This document shows positions 16,675-25,166 of a stretch of DNA of 64,000 nt, one piece after another. Source of the stretch: an uncultured Acidimicrobiia bacterium (GTDB taxonomy: Bacteria > Actinomycetota > Acidimicrobiia > Spongiisociales > ZC4RG35). A program made the translations under genes and the position numbers. Positions within the stretch are counted from its first letter, which is position 1. The number at the start of each line of letters is the position of its first letter. The DNA lies in NCBI GenBank assembly GCA_963744905.1, contig CAVUUV010000003.1, positions 513,503 to 577,502 on the forward strand. The letters run 5' to 3'. The notes under the pieces are model-generated. The model searched no databases. It was not told the origin of the DNA and was given only the letters and a program-made list of their open reading frames with translations.

Positions 16675-19596
16675 TCAGGGCAGCGAGGCGGACTGGCCCG
16701 CTTCCTGGCGGGCCTGGTCGATGAGTTGGGCGGCCTGGTCGACCAGCTCCTGGTACTTGCCCAGGTCGCCGGCCCGCAGGGCGGCATCGGCCTGGTTGAG
16801 GAGGTCGGCGGCCTGGTTCAACAAGTCCTGGACCGATCCGGGCACCGATCCCCCGTTCTGGCCGCCACCGCCATTGGTTCCTCCCCCACCGTTGGTTCCG
16901 CCCCCACCGCTGATGTTGAACACTTCGTCCATGGCCTCGTTGAGCGACGAAGCCCACTCGATCTGGTCGCCGTAGACCACCACCACCCGCCGGAACTCGG
17001 GGAAGCCTCCGCTCTGGGAGGACTGGAGGTAGATCGGCTCGATGTAGAGGATCGAATCCCCGATCGGCACCACCAGCAGGTCACCCTGGATCACGTTGGA
17101 GCCTTGCTGGCCCCACAGGGTGAACTGGGCGGAGATCTCGTCGTCCTGTTGGATACGGTCGCCGATCTGACCGGTCCCGCCCACCAGGATCCCCTGGGGC
17201 ATGCGGAAGTCGATCAGCCTCGATGGCTTACCCGGCTCGGGCGCGTCGGCCACCATGAACGAAGACATGTTGGGCTTGTCGCGGGGGTTGAACGGCTGCA
17301 ACAGGACATAGGAGAGGGCGTCCTCGCCCGGTAGTCGGGTCAACAGGTAGTAGGGAAGGATCTCCGGGAGGTACTGCACTCCCGATGTGCTCAGCCCATC
17401 CCCGTTCAGCAGCTCACTACCGGCCACCTCGCCCCGGCGGATGGTGGCCGGGTCGGGCGGGATGGACCAGGCGTCGTTGCGGCTGAAGAACTCGGAGGGC
17501 TGGTCAACGTGGTAATTGAGCCAGATCTCGCCCTGGACCCGGAACAGGTCCTGGGGGTAGCGGAGATGATCGACCAGCTCGGGGGACATGGCCGTGCCGG
17601 GTTCGAACAGGCCCGGATAGACCGCCTGCCAGGCCCGGATGACGGGGTCGGTGTTGTCCGTCACATAGAAATGGACACTGCCGTCGTAGGCATCGACCGT
17701 GGCCTTGACCGAGTTGGCGAGATAGTCCATGCCGTTGCGGACGTCGGTCGACCGGGCCAGCCGGGAGCGAATCTGGGGATTGACCGGCTGGGAGTAGGGG
17801 TAGTGATCGCTGGAGGTGTACAGGTCGACGACCCAGACAACCCGCCCGTCCATTACCACCGGGTAGGGGTCGGTGTCCACCGCCAGGAAGGGGGCCAGGT
17901 TCTTGACGATGCTGCGGACGTTTCGTTCCACCAGCACCCGGCTGTCCGGGCGGACCTGACCGGAGATCAACAGGTTGAGGTCGCGGTAGCGGAAGGCGAA
18001 GGCGATACGCCGCCACAGCGAGCCCAGGCCGACCCCGGCCGAGCCCTGGTACTCGTTGTTGGTTATTCCCTCGCCGCCACCCAACGGCATGTCCACTTCC
18101 TGGGGGCCGGTGCCGGTCTTGACGATCACCGGTCGGCCCGGGTCGTAGGACTCCCCGAAGTAGATGCGCGGCTCGCTCAGATCCAGGGTCGGGTCGTTGG
18201 TCACGGGAGGCAGATCGGAGAGGAGGAATACGGGCTGACCCTCGTCGGAGACGGCGTTTGCCTGGCTGACCACCGCCCCGATGCCATGGGTATAGATGAG
18301 GTGGGTGTTCATCCAGTCGTTACGCTCCAGGTTGGCCTCGTCCAGTTCGCGCACCGCCACCATGGTCTGGGTGGGTTTTCCATCCAGCACGTAACGGTCG
18401 GTGTCGACCCGATCCAGGGCGTAGTAGGGCCTGATCGACTGGAGGCTCTGGTAGGTGCGGGGAAGGACGCTGCTGTCCCAGAGACGCACGTTGTCGACGG
18501 TGAGGCGGTTGGCCTCGATGTCGGAGGCACTCAGGTCGTTGGCGGCCTTGAAGTCCCGCACCTCTACCTTGTCCAGTCCGTAGGCGGCCCGGGTGAACTC
18601 GATGTTGTGGGCAATGTACTCCGACTCCCGGGCCAGGGGCTGGGGCTGGACCTGGAGACGTTCCACGATGGCCGGGTAGATGAGAAGGGCGGCAATCGAA
18701 ACCAGGATCCAGGCCGCCACCGACACCAGCACCAGGATCCAGCCCCGGCGCCAGATGTTGACCACGAACACCACCGCCGTTACCACCGCCACCGCCATCA
18801 AAAGGCGCAACGCCGGCAGGCGAGCGGTGATGTCGGTGTAGCCGGGGCCGTAGAAGGAGTCCGCCTGGCTACCGGAGAAGAGCAGCGCCAGGGCATCCAT
18901 GCGGTACATCGCCGCCCGCACCAATGCCAGGAGGGCCAGGATCACCGAGAGATGGACCTTGGCCCTGCGAGTGATGCTGGGTGCCGAGCCCCGTCGGATG
19001 CGGATGCCGCCGTTGAGGTAATGGGCCAGCGTGACGATGACGGTCAGAGCGGCTCCCAGGTTGAACAGCCAGCTCAGGGCGGACTGGATGATGGGGTACT
19101 GGAAGACGTAGAACCCGGCATCGACGTTGAAGATCGGGTCGGCCACGCTGAACGTCTGGCGACCCAGGAACAGGAACAGGTCGTCACGCCAGGCCGCCAC
19201 CCCCAGACCGAGCAGGAGAGCAATGAGGATCGAGACCCAGAGCCGCAGCAGGTGCCCACGCCCCCGGGACCACTCGTGAAACCGCACCACCAGCTCCTCC
19301 TCCTCGCTCATGTCGGCGGGGAGATAGCGCGGTCCGAGCCGGTCGGCCAGGAACAGGTTGAGCCACACGAGCAGGAAGACGATGGCCAGACCCAGTGCCC
19401 CCAGGGCTATACCGACCAGCCAGCGCCTTTGCCAGACGGAGGCGAAGCCCAGCGAATCGAACCAGAGATAGTCGGTCCAAAGGGTCCCGAGGGCGGTGAG
19501 GACGAGATAGGCCAGGACGATGGCGGCGAATATCAGTGTCAGGCCCCGCCGGCGATCTCCTGAGGACCGGGCCGGCGGCGGCGTCCTGGTGAACAT
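16675..19596 (-). CDS. UPF0182 family membrane protein
   Basis: 973 aa with an N-terminal multi-TM region, the conserved UPF0182 core (...WLNYHVDQPSEFFSRNDAWSIPPD...), and a C-terminal Gly/Thr/Asn repeat plus coiled coil. Confidence 0.75.
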   Translation of the reverse strand: MFTRTPPPARSSGDRRRGLTLIFAAIVLAYLVLTALGTLWTDYLWFDSLGFASVWQRRWLVGIALGALGLAIVFLLVWLNLFLADRLGPRYLPADMSEEEELVVRFHEWSRGRGHLLRLWVSILIALLLGLGVAAWRDDLFLFLGRQTFSVADPIFNVDAGFYVFQYPIIQSALSWLFNLGAALTVIVTLAHYLNGGIRIRRGSAPSITRRAKVHLSVILALLALVRAAMYRMDALALLFSGSQADSFYGPGYTDITARLPALRLLMAVAVVTAVVFVVNIWRRGWILVLVSVAAWILVSIAALLIYPAIVERLQVQPQPLARESEYIAHNIEFTRAAYGLDKVEVRDFKAANDLSASDIEANRLTVDNVRLWDSSVLPRTYQSLQSIRPYYALDRVDTDRYVLDGKPTQTMVAVRELDEANLERNDWMNTHLIYTHGIGAVVSQANAVSDEGQPVFLLSDLPPVTNDPTLDLSEPRIYFGESYDPGRPVIVKTGTGPQEVDMPLGGGEGITNNEYQGSAGVGLGSLWRRIAFAFRYRDLNLLISGQVRPDSRVLVERNVRSIVKNLAPFLAVDTDPYPVVMDGRVVWVVDLYTSSDHYPYSQPVNPQIRSRLARSTDVRNGMDYLANSVKATVDAYDGSVHFYVTDNTDPVIRAWQAVYPGLFEPGTAMSPELVDHLRYPQDLFRVQGEIWLNYHVDQPSEFFSRNDAWSIPPDPATIRRGEVAGSELLNGDGLSTSGVQYLPEILPYYLLTRLPGEDALSYVLLQPFNPRDKPNMSSFMVADAPEPGKPSRLIDFRMPQGILVGGTGQIGDRIQQDDEISAQFTLWGQQGSNVIQGDLLVVPIGDSILYIEPIYLQSSQSGGFPEFRRVVVVYGDQIEWASSLNEAMDEVFNISGGGGTNGGGGTNGGGGQNGGSVPGSVQDLLNQAADLLNQADAALRAGDLGKYQELVDQAAQLIDQARQEAGQSASLP

Positions 19597-19657
19597 GGCG
19601 GCGATTGTACGGGGCCGGACCGCCTAGCCCTCAAACCGCCTGTTCAGAAGCCCGTGC

Positions 19658-21541
19658 TCAGACGGGGCTGATGGTGCAGCTGCAGTCCCGATGGGCGGGC
19701 GGAACCTCGTCGCCGGCTTCCGCCGCCGCCCGACAGGTCGGGCACAGTCGCCCCGAAGGTACCCAGTCCCAGCCACGGCGGTTGCGTTCCAGAGCAGACC
19801 GCAGCGCACCGTGATAGGAGGCCAGGGCCATGGAACGGATCCTTCGCTCCGCTTCGTCGGTGCGCCACCCCCGAAAGATGCGGGAGGCAGCGGCAGAGCG
19901 CTCCCGTGACCCGGCGCCCGACGCCTGCAGTGAGGCCTGCAGCGCCTGAGCCAGGTCGGCCCCCATCTCTTCCACGTCGGGCACCTCCTCCCCGGGACCG
20001 GTTCCAACGTTGCTCAGGCCCATCTCGGTGGCGGCTTCCCGTCCCGCTTCGGCCGATTCGGCCACCAGTGCCTCGAGATCGGAGCGGAACCCCGACTCCA
20101 GCTCTCCGGCATCGGGAACCCACTCTCCCTCGGTGAGCCGGATCTGTTCCAGGGCCTGATTCTGGGCGTCGGTCAAGGCCCGCTTGACCGTCCGCAACGC
20201 CTGATTGGTCAAAGGCAACAGGAGACGCTCCCGGATCTCGAAGACGTCGACGTTGCCGTTGCCGTCGACCGGCTCGATTGCTGGTTCGGACTGAGGCTCC
20301 TCCTCGCCCTCCCCGTCGGGGAGTGGAGCGGCGCTGTCCGGCTGTGGCTCGCCTCTGGGCGGGCGACGCAACCGGCGAAACAGTTCGGCCACGTGGTCGG
20401 GTTCCTGGCCCGACTCCGGCTCTGGCCCGGCCCGTGTCTCGGGTTCTTCCCGGGCAGGCCCGGACCCTGTCCTGTCCTCGGGCGGTGCCACGGGTTCGGG
20501 TTCGGGAGCCGACAGGAGCTCTTGGGCGTCAGGCCGGGGCGCCGCCTTACCCTCGGGCGGTGCCACGGGTTCGGGTTCGGAGGCTCTCGCTGTGGCCTCG
20601 TCAGCGCGGAGACGTGCTACCTCCTCGGCCAGGGCGTCGGCGTCGGCCTCCTCCTCCATCACCTGAGGCTCTCCAGGCTCCGCCCGGTTGGGCCTGATCA
20701 CTCGAACGGTGTGGCCGTCCTCCCAATCTTCTGAGTGTGGAATTCCGAATTCGTCGGCCACAACGGCCCGGCGGGGCAGGTCGGGAGGCTCGGTCAGGCC
20801 CAGACCGGACCGGCGCTCTTCTAGCTCGCCTTCGAACGCCGACAGGGCGGTGCGAACCGACTCCAGCTCGTCCATCAGCTCCTGGCGCCGCTGCTCGAGT
20901 GCTCTGGTCCGTTCCTGGGCCGCGTCCGCCTGGCGATGCGCCGAAGCGATGATGTCGTCGTGCTCGGCTCTGGCATCGGTCACCCACTTCTCCGACTCCA
21001 TCTTGGCGTTCCTTACGGTGTCCTCGGCCTCGCGACGGGCGCTGGAGGTGAGGCGGTGCGCTTCCCGCTCGGCCTCTCCCAGCACGGCCAGCGATTCGCG
21101 TTCGGCGGTCCTGGCCATCTCCTCGGTCTGGGCCCGGACCTGGTCCAGCATCTGGGAGCTGGTCGTCCAGGCATCGCTCCTCATCGCCTCGGCATCCTGG
21201 CGGGCCGCCTTGATCACAGCTTCGGCCTCGGCCGTGGCCTCGGTGCGCCAACGGGAGGCGTCGGCGGTAGCCCGGTCACGAATCGACTCGGCGGCGGTAC
21301 GGGCCGCCTCCAGGACCGAGGCGACTTCCCGGCCCACGTTCTCGAACTCGGACTTGAGGTCCTTGTCGGCGAATTCGCCCAGACGCGAGGACAGCCGGTC
21401 GCGTTGTTGAACCAGTTCTTCGACGGCAGCGGCCACCCGCTCCAGGAATTCGGCTACCTCCTCCGAGTCGTAACCTCGGAAGGCGGTCCGAAAGCTGGCG
21501 CGCCGTATCTCTTCTGGCGTCGGCTGGGTGGTCATGGGCAT
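19658..21541 (-). CDS. DivIVA-domain protein with a long Ala/Glu/Arg-rich coiled coil, a 25-aa internal duplication and a C-terminal Cys-rich tail
   Basis: N-terminal DivIVA motif (TPEEIRRASFRTAFRGYDSEEVAEFLERVA). A 30-bp repeat at 20476-20505 and 20551-20580 encodes EPEPVAPPE twice. C-terminus reads ...CPTC...CSC. Confidence 0.65.
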   Translation of the reverse strand: MPMTTQPTPEEIRRASFRTAFRGYDSEEVAEFLERVAAAVEELVQQRDRLSSRLGEFADKDLKSEFENVGREVASVLEAARTAAESIRDRATADASRWRTEATAEAEAVIKAARQDAEAMRSDAWTTSSQMLDQVRAQTEEMARTAERESLAVLGEAEREAHRLTSSARREAEDTVRNAKMESEKWVTDARAEHDDIIASAHRQADAAQERTRALEQRRQELMDELESVRTALSAFEGELEERRSGLGLTEPPDLPRRAVVADEFGIPHSEDWEDGHTVRVIRPNRAEPGEPQVMEEEADADALAEEVARLRADEATARASEPEPVAPPEGKAAPRPDAQELLSAPEPEPVAPPEDRTGSGPAREEPETRAGPEPESGQEPDHVAELFRRLRRPPRGEPQPDSAAPLPDGEGEEEPQSEPAIEPVDGNGNVDVFEIRERLLLPLTNQALRTVKRALTDAQNQALEQIRLTEGEWVPDAGELESGFRSDLEALVAESAEAGREAATEMGLSNVGTGPGEEVPDVEEMGADLAQALQASLQASGAGSRERSAAASRIFRGWRTDEAERRIRSMALASYHGALRSALERNRRGWDWVPSGRLCPTCRAAAEAGDEVPPAHRDCSCTISPV

Positions 21542-21619
21542 TTTCCAAGATACAGGCCAGGACCCGACAAACCCGACGTTTGCCCCCACGAGGGACGAGG
21601 CGGGCGGACCAGCCCCGGC

Positions 21620-21727
21620 TTCTTTGGACGCTGAGGAACGCCCCTCCCCTTCTTTGGACCGTCGCCGTCGCTATGCGTTCCTGGCGGTCCAAAGAAGCCG
21701 TAAACCGTTCCCCGGGGTCCAAAGAAC
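21620..21727. repeat. Palindromic repeat element, copy A: TTCTTTGGAC-N20-TTCTTTGGACCG-loop23-CGGTCCAAAGAA-N18-GGTCCAAAGAA
   Basis: Four 10-mers as two direct plus two inverted copies. The loop contains TCGCTATGCGTTC, which is also the core of copy B at 51174-51280. Lies between the 3' end of the Lon-PDZ gene and the 5' end of the DivIVA-like gene. Confidence 0.6.
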
Positions 21728-21753
21728 CATGTCGCTCGTCGCTCTCGGTCGGG

Positions 21754-22779
21754 CTAGGCCTCCGGCAGTGAGGCCAGGAAATCGAGGGCATCGTCGATGG
21801 TGGAGACCGGTTTCAGCTCCATCGAATGGCGGGGAGCGGTCATAGCGGCGTCATAGTTGGCCTGCGGCACCAACATGTACTCGGCCCCGGCGGCCTCCGC
21901 CGCCACCACCTTCTGGCGCACCCCGCCGATGGCGCCCACCTTCCCGTCGGGGGAGATGGTCCCGGTGCCTGCCACCACGTGGCCATGGGCCAGGTCCCCG
22001 TTGGAGAGGGTCTCGATGATGGCCAGCGTGTACATCATCCCCGCCGAGGGGCCCCCGACGATTCCCGGATTGACGTCGATCCAGAAGGGAAGCTGGCGGA
22101 TGAAGATCCCGATGAACGCCTGGCCCGGGGTATCGGGATTCTCGGCCAGTTCGATGTCGTAGGTGTGCTCCTCGCCACTCCGAAGCACGGTCAGCCGGAT
22201 CGTGTCCCCGGGCTTCTTGCCGGCCAGCGCCGGGGCCAGATCGTCCACACCGGTCACCTTCTTCCCTTCGATGGCGGTGATCTGATCGCCGATCCTCAGC
22301 ACCTTGCCGGCCGGCGTGGCAGCCGCGTACCCGGTGATGAACACCTTGTCGGCCTGGGCCTCCAGGTTCAACTTGGACAGGGCCACCGTGATTGCAGTGG
22401 CGGTCGACTGATCCATCATCTGCAGGTTGAGGCGCTGGTACTGCTCATCGGACACGCCAGGCTTTCTGACCCGGTTCCGGGCCAGGACATCGACGGTTGG
22501 ATCGATCCCGGCCACCACCGCCTCGAAGGCGTTGAGGGGTTGGCTCTCCACCGTCAGCATCAGCAGCTCGCCGTGGGGCTGTTGAACCGGATGGCCCTCG
22601 ACGATGACCGCTGCCGAGGCGTCGCCCACCGGCCCGGGAGACCATGCGACGAGCGGCAGAGGGATGTTCCAGGCCAGGACCACCAGGCCCAGTACGAAGA
22701 AGACGATGGCCGCGGCAGTGAGTGAACGCTGGGGCTTGGGTGGTGACTGGTCGCTCACCGGCCGGATCGTATCGCCCAC
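21754..22779 (-). CDS. PDZ domain-containing Lon-like (S16) protease, YlbL/SepM-like, membrane anchored
   Basis: N-terminal TM (LTAAAIVFFVLGLVVLAW), a PDZ region, and a C-terminal Lon protease domain with ...GPSAGMMYTLAIIETL.... Confidence 0.7.
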   Translation of the reverse strand: MGDTIRPVSDQSPPKPQRSLTAAAIVFFVLGLVVLAWNIPLPLVAWSPGPVGDASAAVIVEGHPVQQPHGELLMLTVESQPLNAFEAVVAGIDPTVDVLARNRVRKPGVSDEQYQRLNLQMMDQSTATAITVALSKLNLEAQADKVFITGYAAATPAGKVLRIGDQITAIEGKKVTGVDDLAPALAGKKPGDTIRLTVLRSGEEHTYDIELAENPDTPGQAFIGIFIRQLPFWIDVNPGIVGGPSAGMMYTLAIIETLSNGDLAHGHVVAGTGTISPDGKVGAIGGVRQKVVAAEAAGAEYMLVPQANYDAAMTAPRHSMELKPVSTIDDALDFLASLPEA

Positions 22780-22836
22780 GGGGCCATACCGGCCCTTCTA
22801 GACTCCGACGATCGCCCAGTCGGAAGGTGAAATCGA

Positions 22837-23406
22837 GTGACCTACGCCCCTTCAGTGATCGCGTCCCGAGTGGTGAGCCGGTCCCGGGCAACGACCCTGG
22901 TTCTGGTCGTGGCCACCGCCGCGCTAACCGCACTCGCCGCCCAGTGGCGGATTCCACTGTGGCCGGTACCCATCACGGGCCAGACCTTTGCCGTGCTGCT
23001 GGGCGGGGCGGCACTGGGCTGGCGGGCCGGAGGCGCCGCCCAGTTGCTCTATCTGGCCGTGGGGGCGATCGGGGTGCCTGTCTTCACCGAGGCGTCGGGG
23101 GGCCTGCACGTCTTCGCCGGACCCACCGTCGGCTACCTGATCGCCTTCCCAATCGCCGCCGCCCTGGTGGGGTGGATGGCCGAACGTCGTCACGATCGGC
23201 GGTTTTGGTCGATGGTCCTCGCCTTCGCCGCCGGCAGCGCCGTCATCTACCTGGGCGGGATGATCGGCCTGATGGCCACCCTGGGTTTCTCACCGGCCAC
23301 CGCCTTCACCGAAGGCGTAGCCCCCTTCCTGGTTGGCGACGCGGTCAAGGCCGCCGCCGCCGGCATCCTCCTCCCCGGCGCCTGGAAGCTAACCGGCGAG
23401 GGCTAG
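22837..23406 (+). CDS. bioY: Biotin transporter BioY (ECF transporter S component)
   Basis: 189-aa hydrophobic protein with ...GQTFAVLLGGAALGWRAGGAAQLLYLAVGAIGVPVF... and ...GPTVGYLIAFPIAA.... Confidence 0.75.
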   Translation: MTYAPSVIASRVVSRSRATTLVLVVATAALTALAAQWRIPLWPVPITGQTFAVLLGGAALGWRAGGAAQLLYLAVGAIGVPVFTEASGGLHVFAGPTVGYLIAFPIAAALVGWMAERRHDRRFWSMVLAFAAGSAVIYLGGMIGLMATLGFSPATAFTEGVAPFLVGDAVKAAAAGILLPGAWKLTGEG

Positions 23407-23416
23407 ACCCCTTTTC

Positions 23417-23452
23417 GCGCAACTGGTCGCGCCATGGCGCGACCAGTTGCGC
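23417..23452. terminator. Perfect 36-bp palindrome between the convergent bioY and livG genes; likely bidirectional terminator
   Basis: GCGCAACTGGTCGCGCCATGGCGCGACCAGTTGCGC, followed at 23458-23481 by a second G/C hairpin (GGGAGGGGGGTACCCCCTTCCCC). Confidence 0.45.
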
Positions 23453-23487
23453 CAGATGGGAGGGGGGTACCCCCTTCCCCCACACTC

Positions 23488-24279
23488 CTAGGCCGTTTGG
23501 GCGGATTCTTCGCCCAGGTAGGCCTTGATGACGTCGGGGTTGCGCTGGACCTCGGCGGGTAGGCCCTGGGCGATTTTGCGGCCGAAGTCGACCACCATGA
23601 CCCGGTCGGCGATGTCCATGACCAGGCCCATGTCGTGCTCGACCAGGATCATGGACACGCCCAGCTCGTCCTGGATATCGAGGATGAAGCGGGCCATGTC
23701 CTCTGTCTCCTCCAGGTTCATGCCTGCCACCGGCTCGTCCAGCAGCAACAGCTCCGGCTCCATGGCCAGAGCCCGGCCCAGCTCGACCCGCTTCTGGATC
23801 CCGTAGGGGAGGAGGCCCACCGGGTACTTGCGCCACTGCTCGATTTCGAGGAAGTCGACGATGTCTTCGACCTTGAACCGATTCTCCACCTCGGCCCGCT
23901 TGGCCCTGCCCCACCACACGGCTCCCGCCAGCCAACTCGTGTCCATGCGGATGTGACGCCCGGTGAGGATGTTCTCGATCACCGTCATGTGCGGGTACAG
24001 GGCGATGTTCTGGAAAGTGCGGGCGATGCCCAGGTCGGCGGTCTGGTTGGGTTTGAGGCCCATGATCGACTCTCCCTTCCAGCGGATGTCCCCGCTCTGG
24101 GGGTGATAGACCTGGTTGAGCGAGTTGAAGATCGAGGTCTTCCCCGCCCCGTTGGGACCGATGATGGCGAACAGCTCGCCATCGTGCACGGTGAAGGACA
24201 CCCCGTCGATGGCCTTGACCCCCTTGAACGAGAGCTCGATGTCATCCACCTCGAGAAGGGGCTCGCTCACGACAACCAC
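23488..24279 (-). CDS. livG: Branched-chain amino acid ABC transporter ATP-binding protein (LivG-like)
   Basis: Walker A GPNGAGKTS, LLLDEP Walker B, and a LivG-type insertion. Confidence 0.85.
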   Translation of the reverse strand: MVVVSEPLLEVDDIELSFKGVKAIDGVSFTVHDGELFAIIGPNGAGKTSIFNSLNQVYHPQSGDIRWKGESIMGLKPNQTADLGIARTFQNIALYPHMTVIENILTGRHIRMDTSWLAGAVWWGRAKRAEVENRFKVEDIVDFLEIEQWRKYPVGLLPYGIQKRVELGRALAMEPELLLLDEPVAGMNLEETEDMARFILDIQDELGVSMILVEHDMGLVMDIADRVMVVDFGRKIAQGLPAEVQRNPDVIKAYLGEESAQTA

Positions 24280-25061
24280 CTCTTGCGCCGCTTGTAGTGC
24301 TTGACGTCCCGGAACGACTTGCGCTCCCCACCCTCACCGTGCAGACCCAGGTAGAACTCCTGGACGTCCTCGTCCTGGAGGAGTTTCTCGGGCGAGCCGT
24401 CCATGACCATCTTCCCCGTCTCCATGATGTAACCGTGGTGGGCGATCGACAGCGCCATGTTGGCATTCTGCTCGATGAGCAGGACCGACGTCCCCTGACC
24501 GTTGATCTCGGTCACGACCTCCTTGACCTGTTGAACCAGCAGCGGCGCCAGGCCCAACGAAGGCTCGTCGAGGATCAACAGCCGGGGATGTTGCATCAGG
24601 GCCCGGGCAATGGCCAGCATCTGCTGTTCACCGCCCGAGAGGTATCCGGCCGTGGAGCGACGGCGATCCTTGAGCAGCGGGAACAGGGTCATGACCCGCT
24701 CGTAGGCGGAGGCGACGTCCTTCGGGTCCCGGTTGATGTAGGCGCCGGCCTTGAGGTTCTCGTCCACGGATAGCTCGGCGAACACCCGCCGCCCCTCCAT
24801 CACCTGGGAGATCCCTGCCCGTACCCGGTGGGCCGGGTCGGTGTGGGTGATGTCGTTGCCCTCGAAGTGGATCGACCCCTTGGTGATGTCTCCTTCGTGG
24901 ACGTCGAGAAGGCCGGTTATCGCTCGCAGGGTGGTCGTCTTGCCGGCCCCGTTGGCTCCGAGAAGGGCGACTATCTGGCCATCCGGGACCTCCAGTGAGA
25001 TCCCGCGCAGCACCAGCACGACGTCGTTGTAGACGACCTCGAGGTTCTCGACGGTCAGCAT
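24267..25061 (-). CDS. livF: Branched-chain amino acid ABC transporter ATP-binding protein (LivF-like)
   Basis: MLTVENLEVVY..., GANGAGKTT, LSGGEQQMLAIARAL, LILDEPSLGLAP. Confidence 0.85.
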   Translation of the reverse strand: MLTVENLEVVYNDVVLVLRGISLEVPDGQIVALLGANGAGKTTTLRAITGLLDVHEGDITKGSIHFEGNDITHTDPAHRVRAGISQVMEGRRVFAELSVDENLKAGAYINRDPKDVASAYERVMTLFPLLKDRRRSTAGYLSGGEQQMLAIARALMQHPRLLILDEPSLGLAPLLVQQVKEVVTEINGQGTSVLLIEQNANMALSIAHHGYIMETGKMVMDGSPEKLLQDEDVQEFYLGLHGEGGERKSFRDVKHYKRRKRWLS

Positions 25062-25127
25062 CGTCTGTCCCGTGTCACGGGTCCTGGACTCGGTCGGCCG
25101 AGCCCACGACTCGCGCCACACGACGGA

Positions 25128-25154
25128 GGTGGGCGGGGGGGCGCCCCGCCCACC
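25128..25154 (-). other. Intra-operon GC-rich stem-loop between the substrate-binding-protein gene and livF
   Basis: GGTGGGCGGGG-GGGCG-CCCCGCCCACC, an 11-bp perfect stem. Candidate mRNA stabiliser or partial terminator that could tune expression of the binding protein relative to the ATPase. Confidence 0.35.
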
Positions 25155-25166
25155 TCGTCTGTCAGC

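Noticed and set aside
17509-19563. 684-aa plus-strand ORF
   Set aside because: Antisense to UPF0182, low-complexity His/Gly/Asp/Arg-rich, no protein-like segments.
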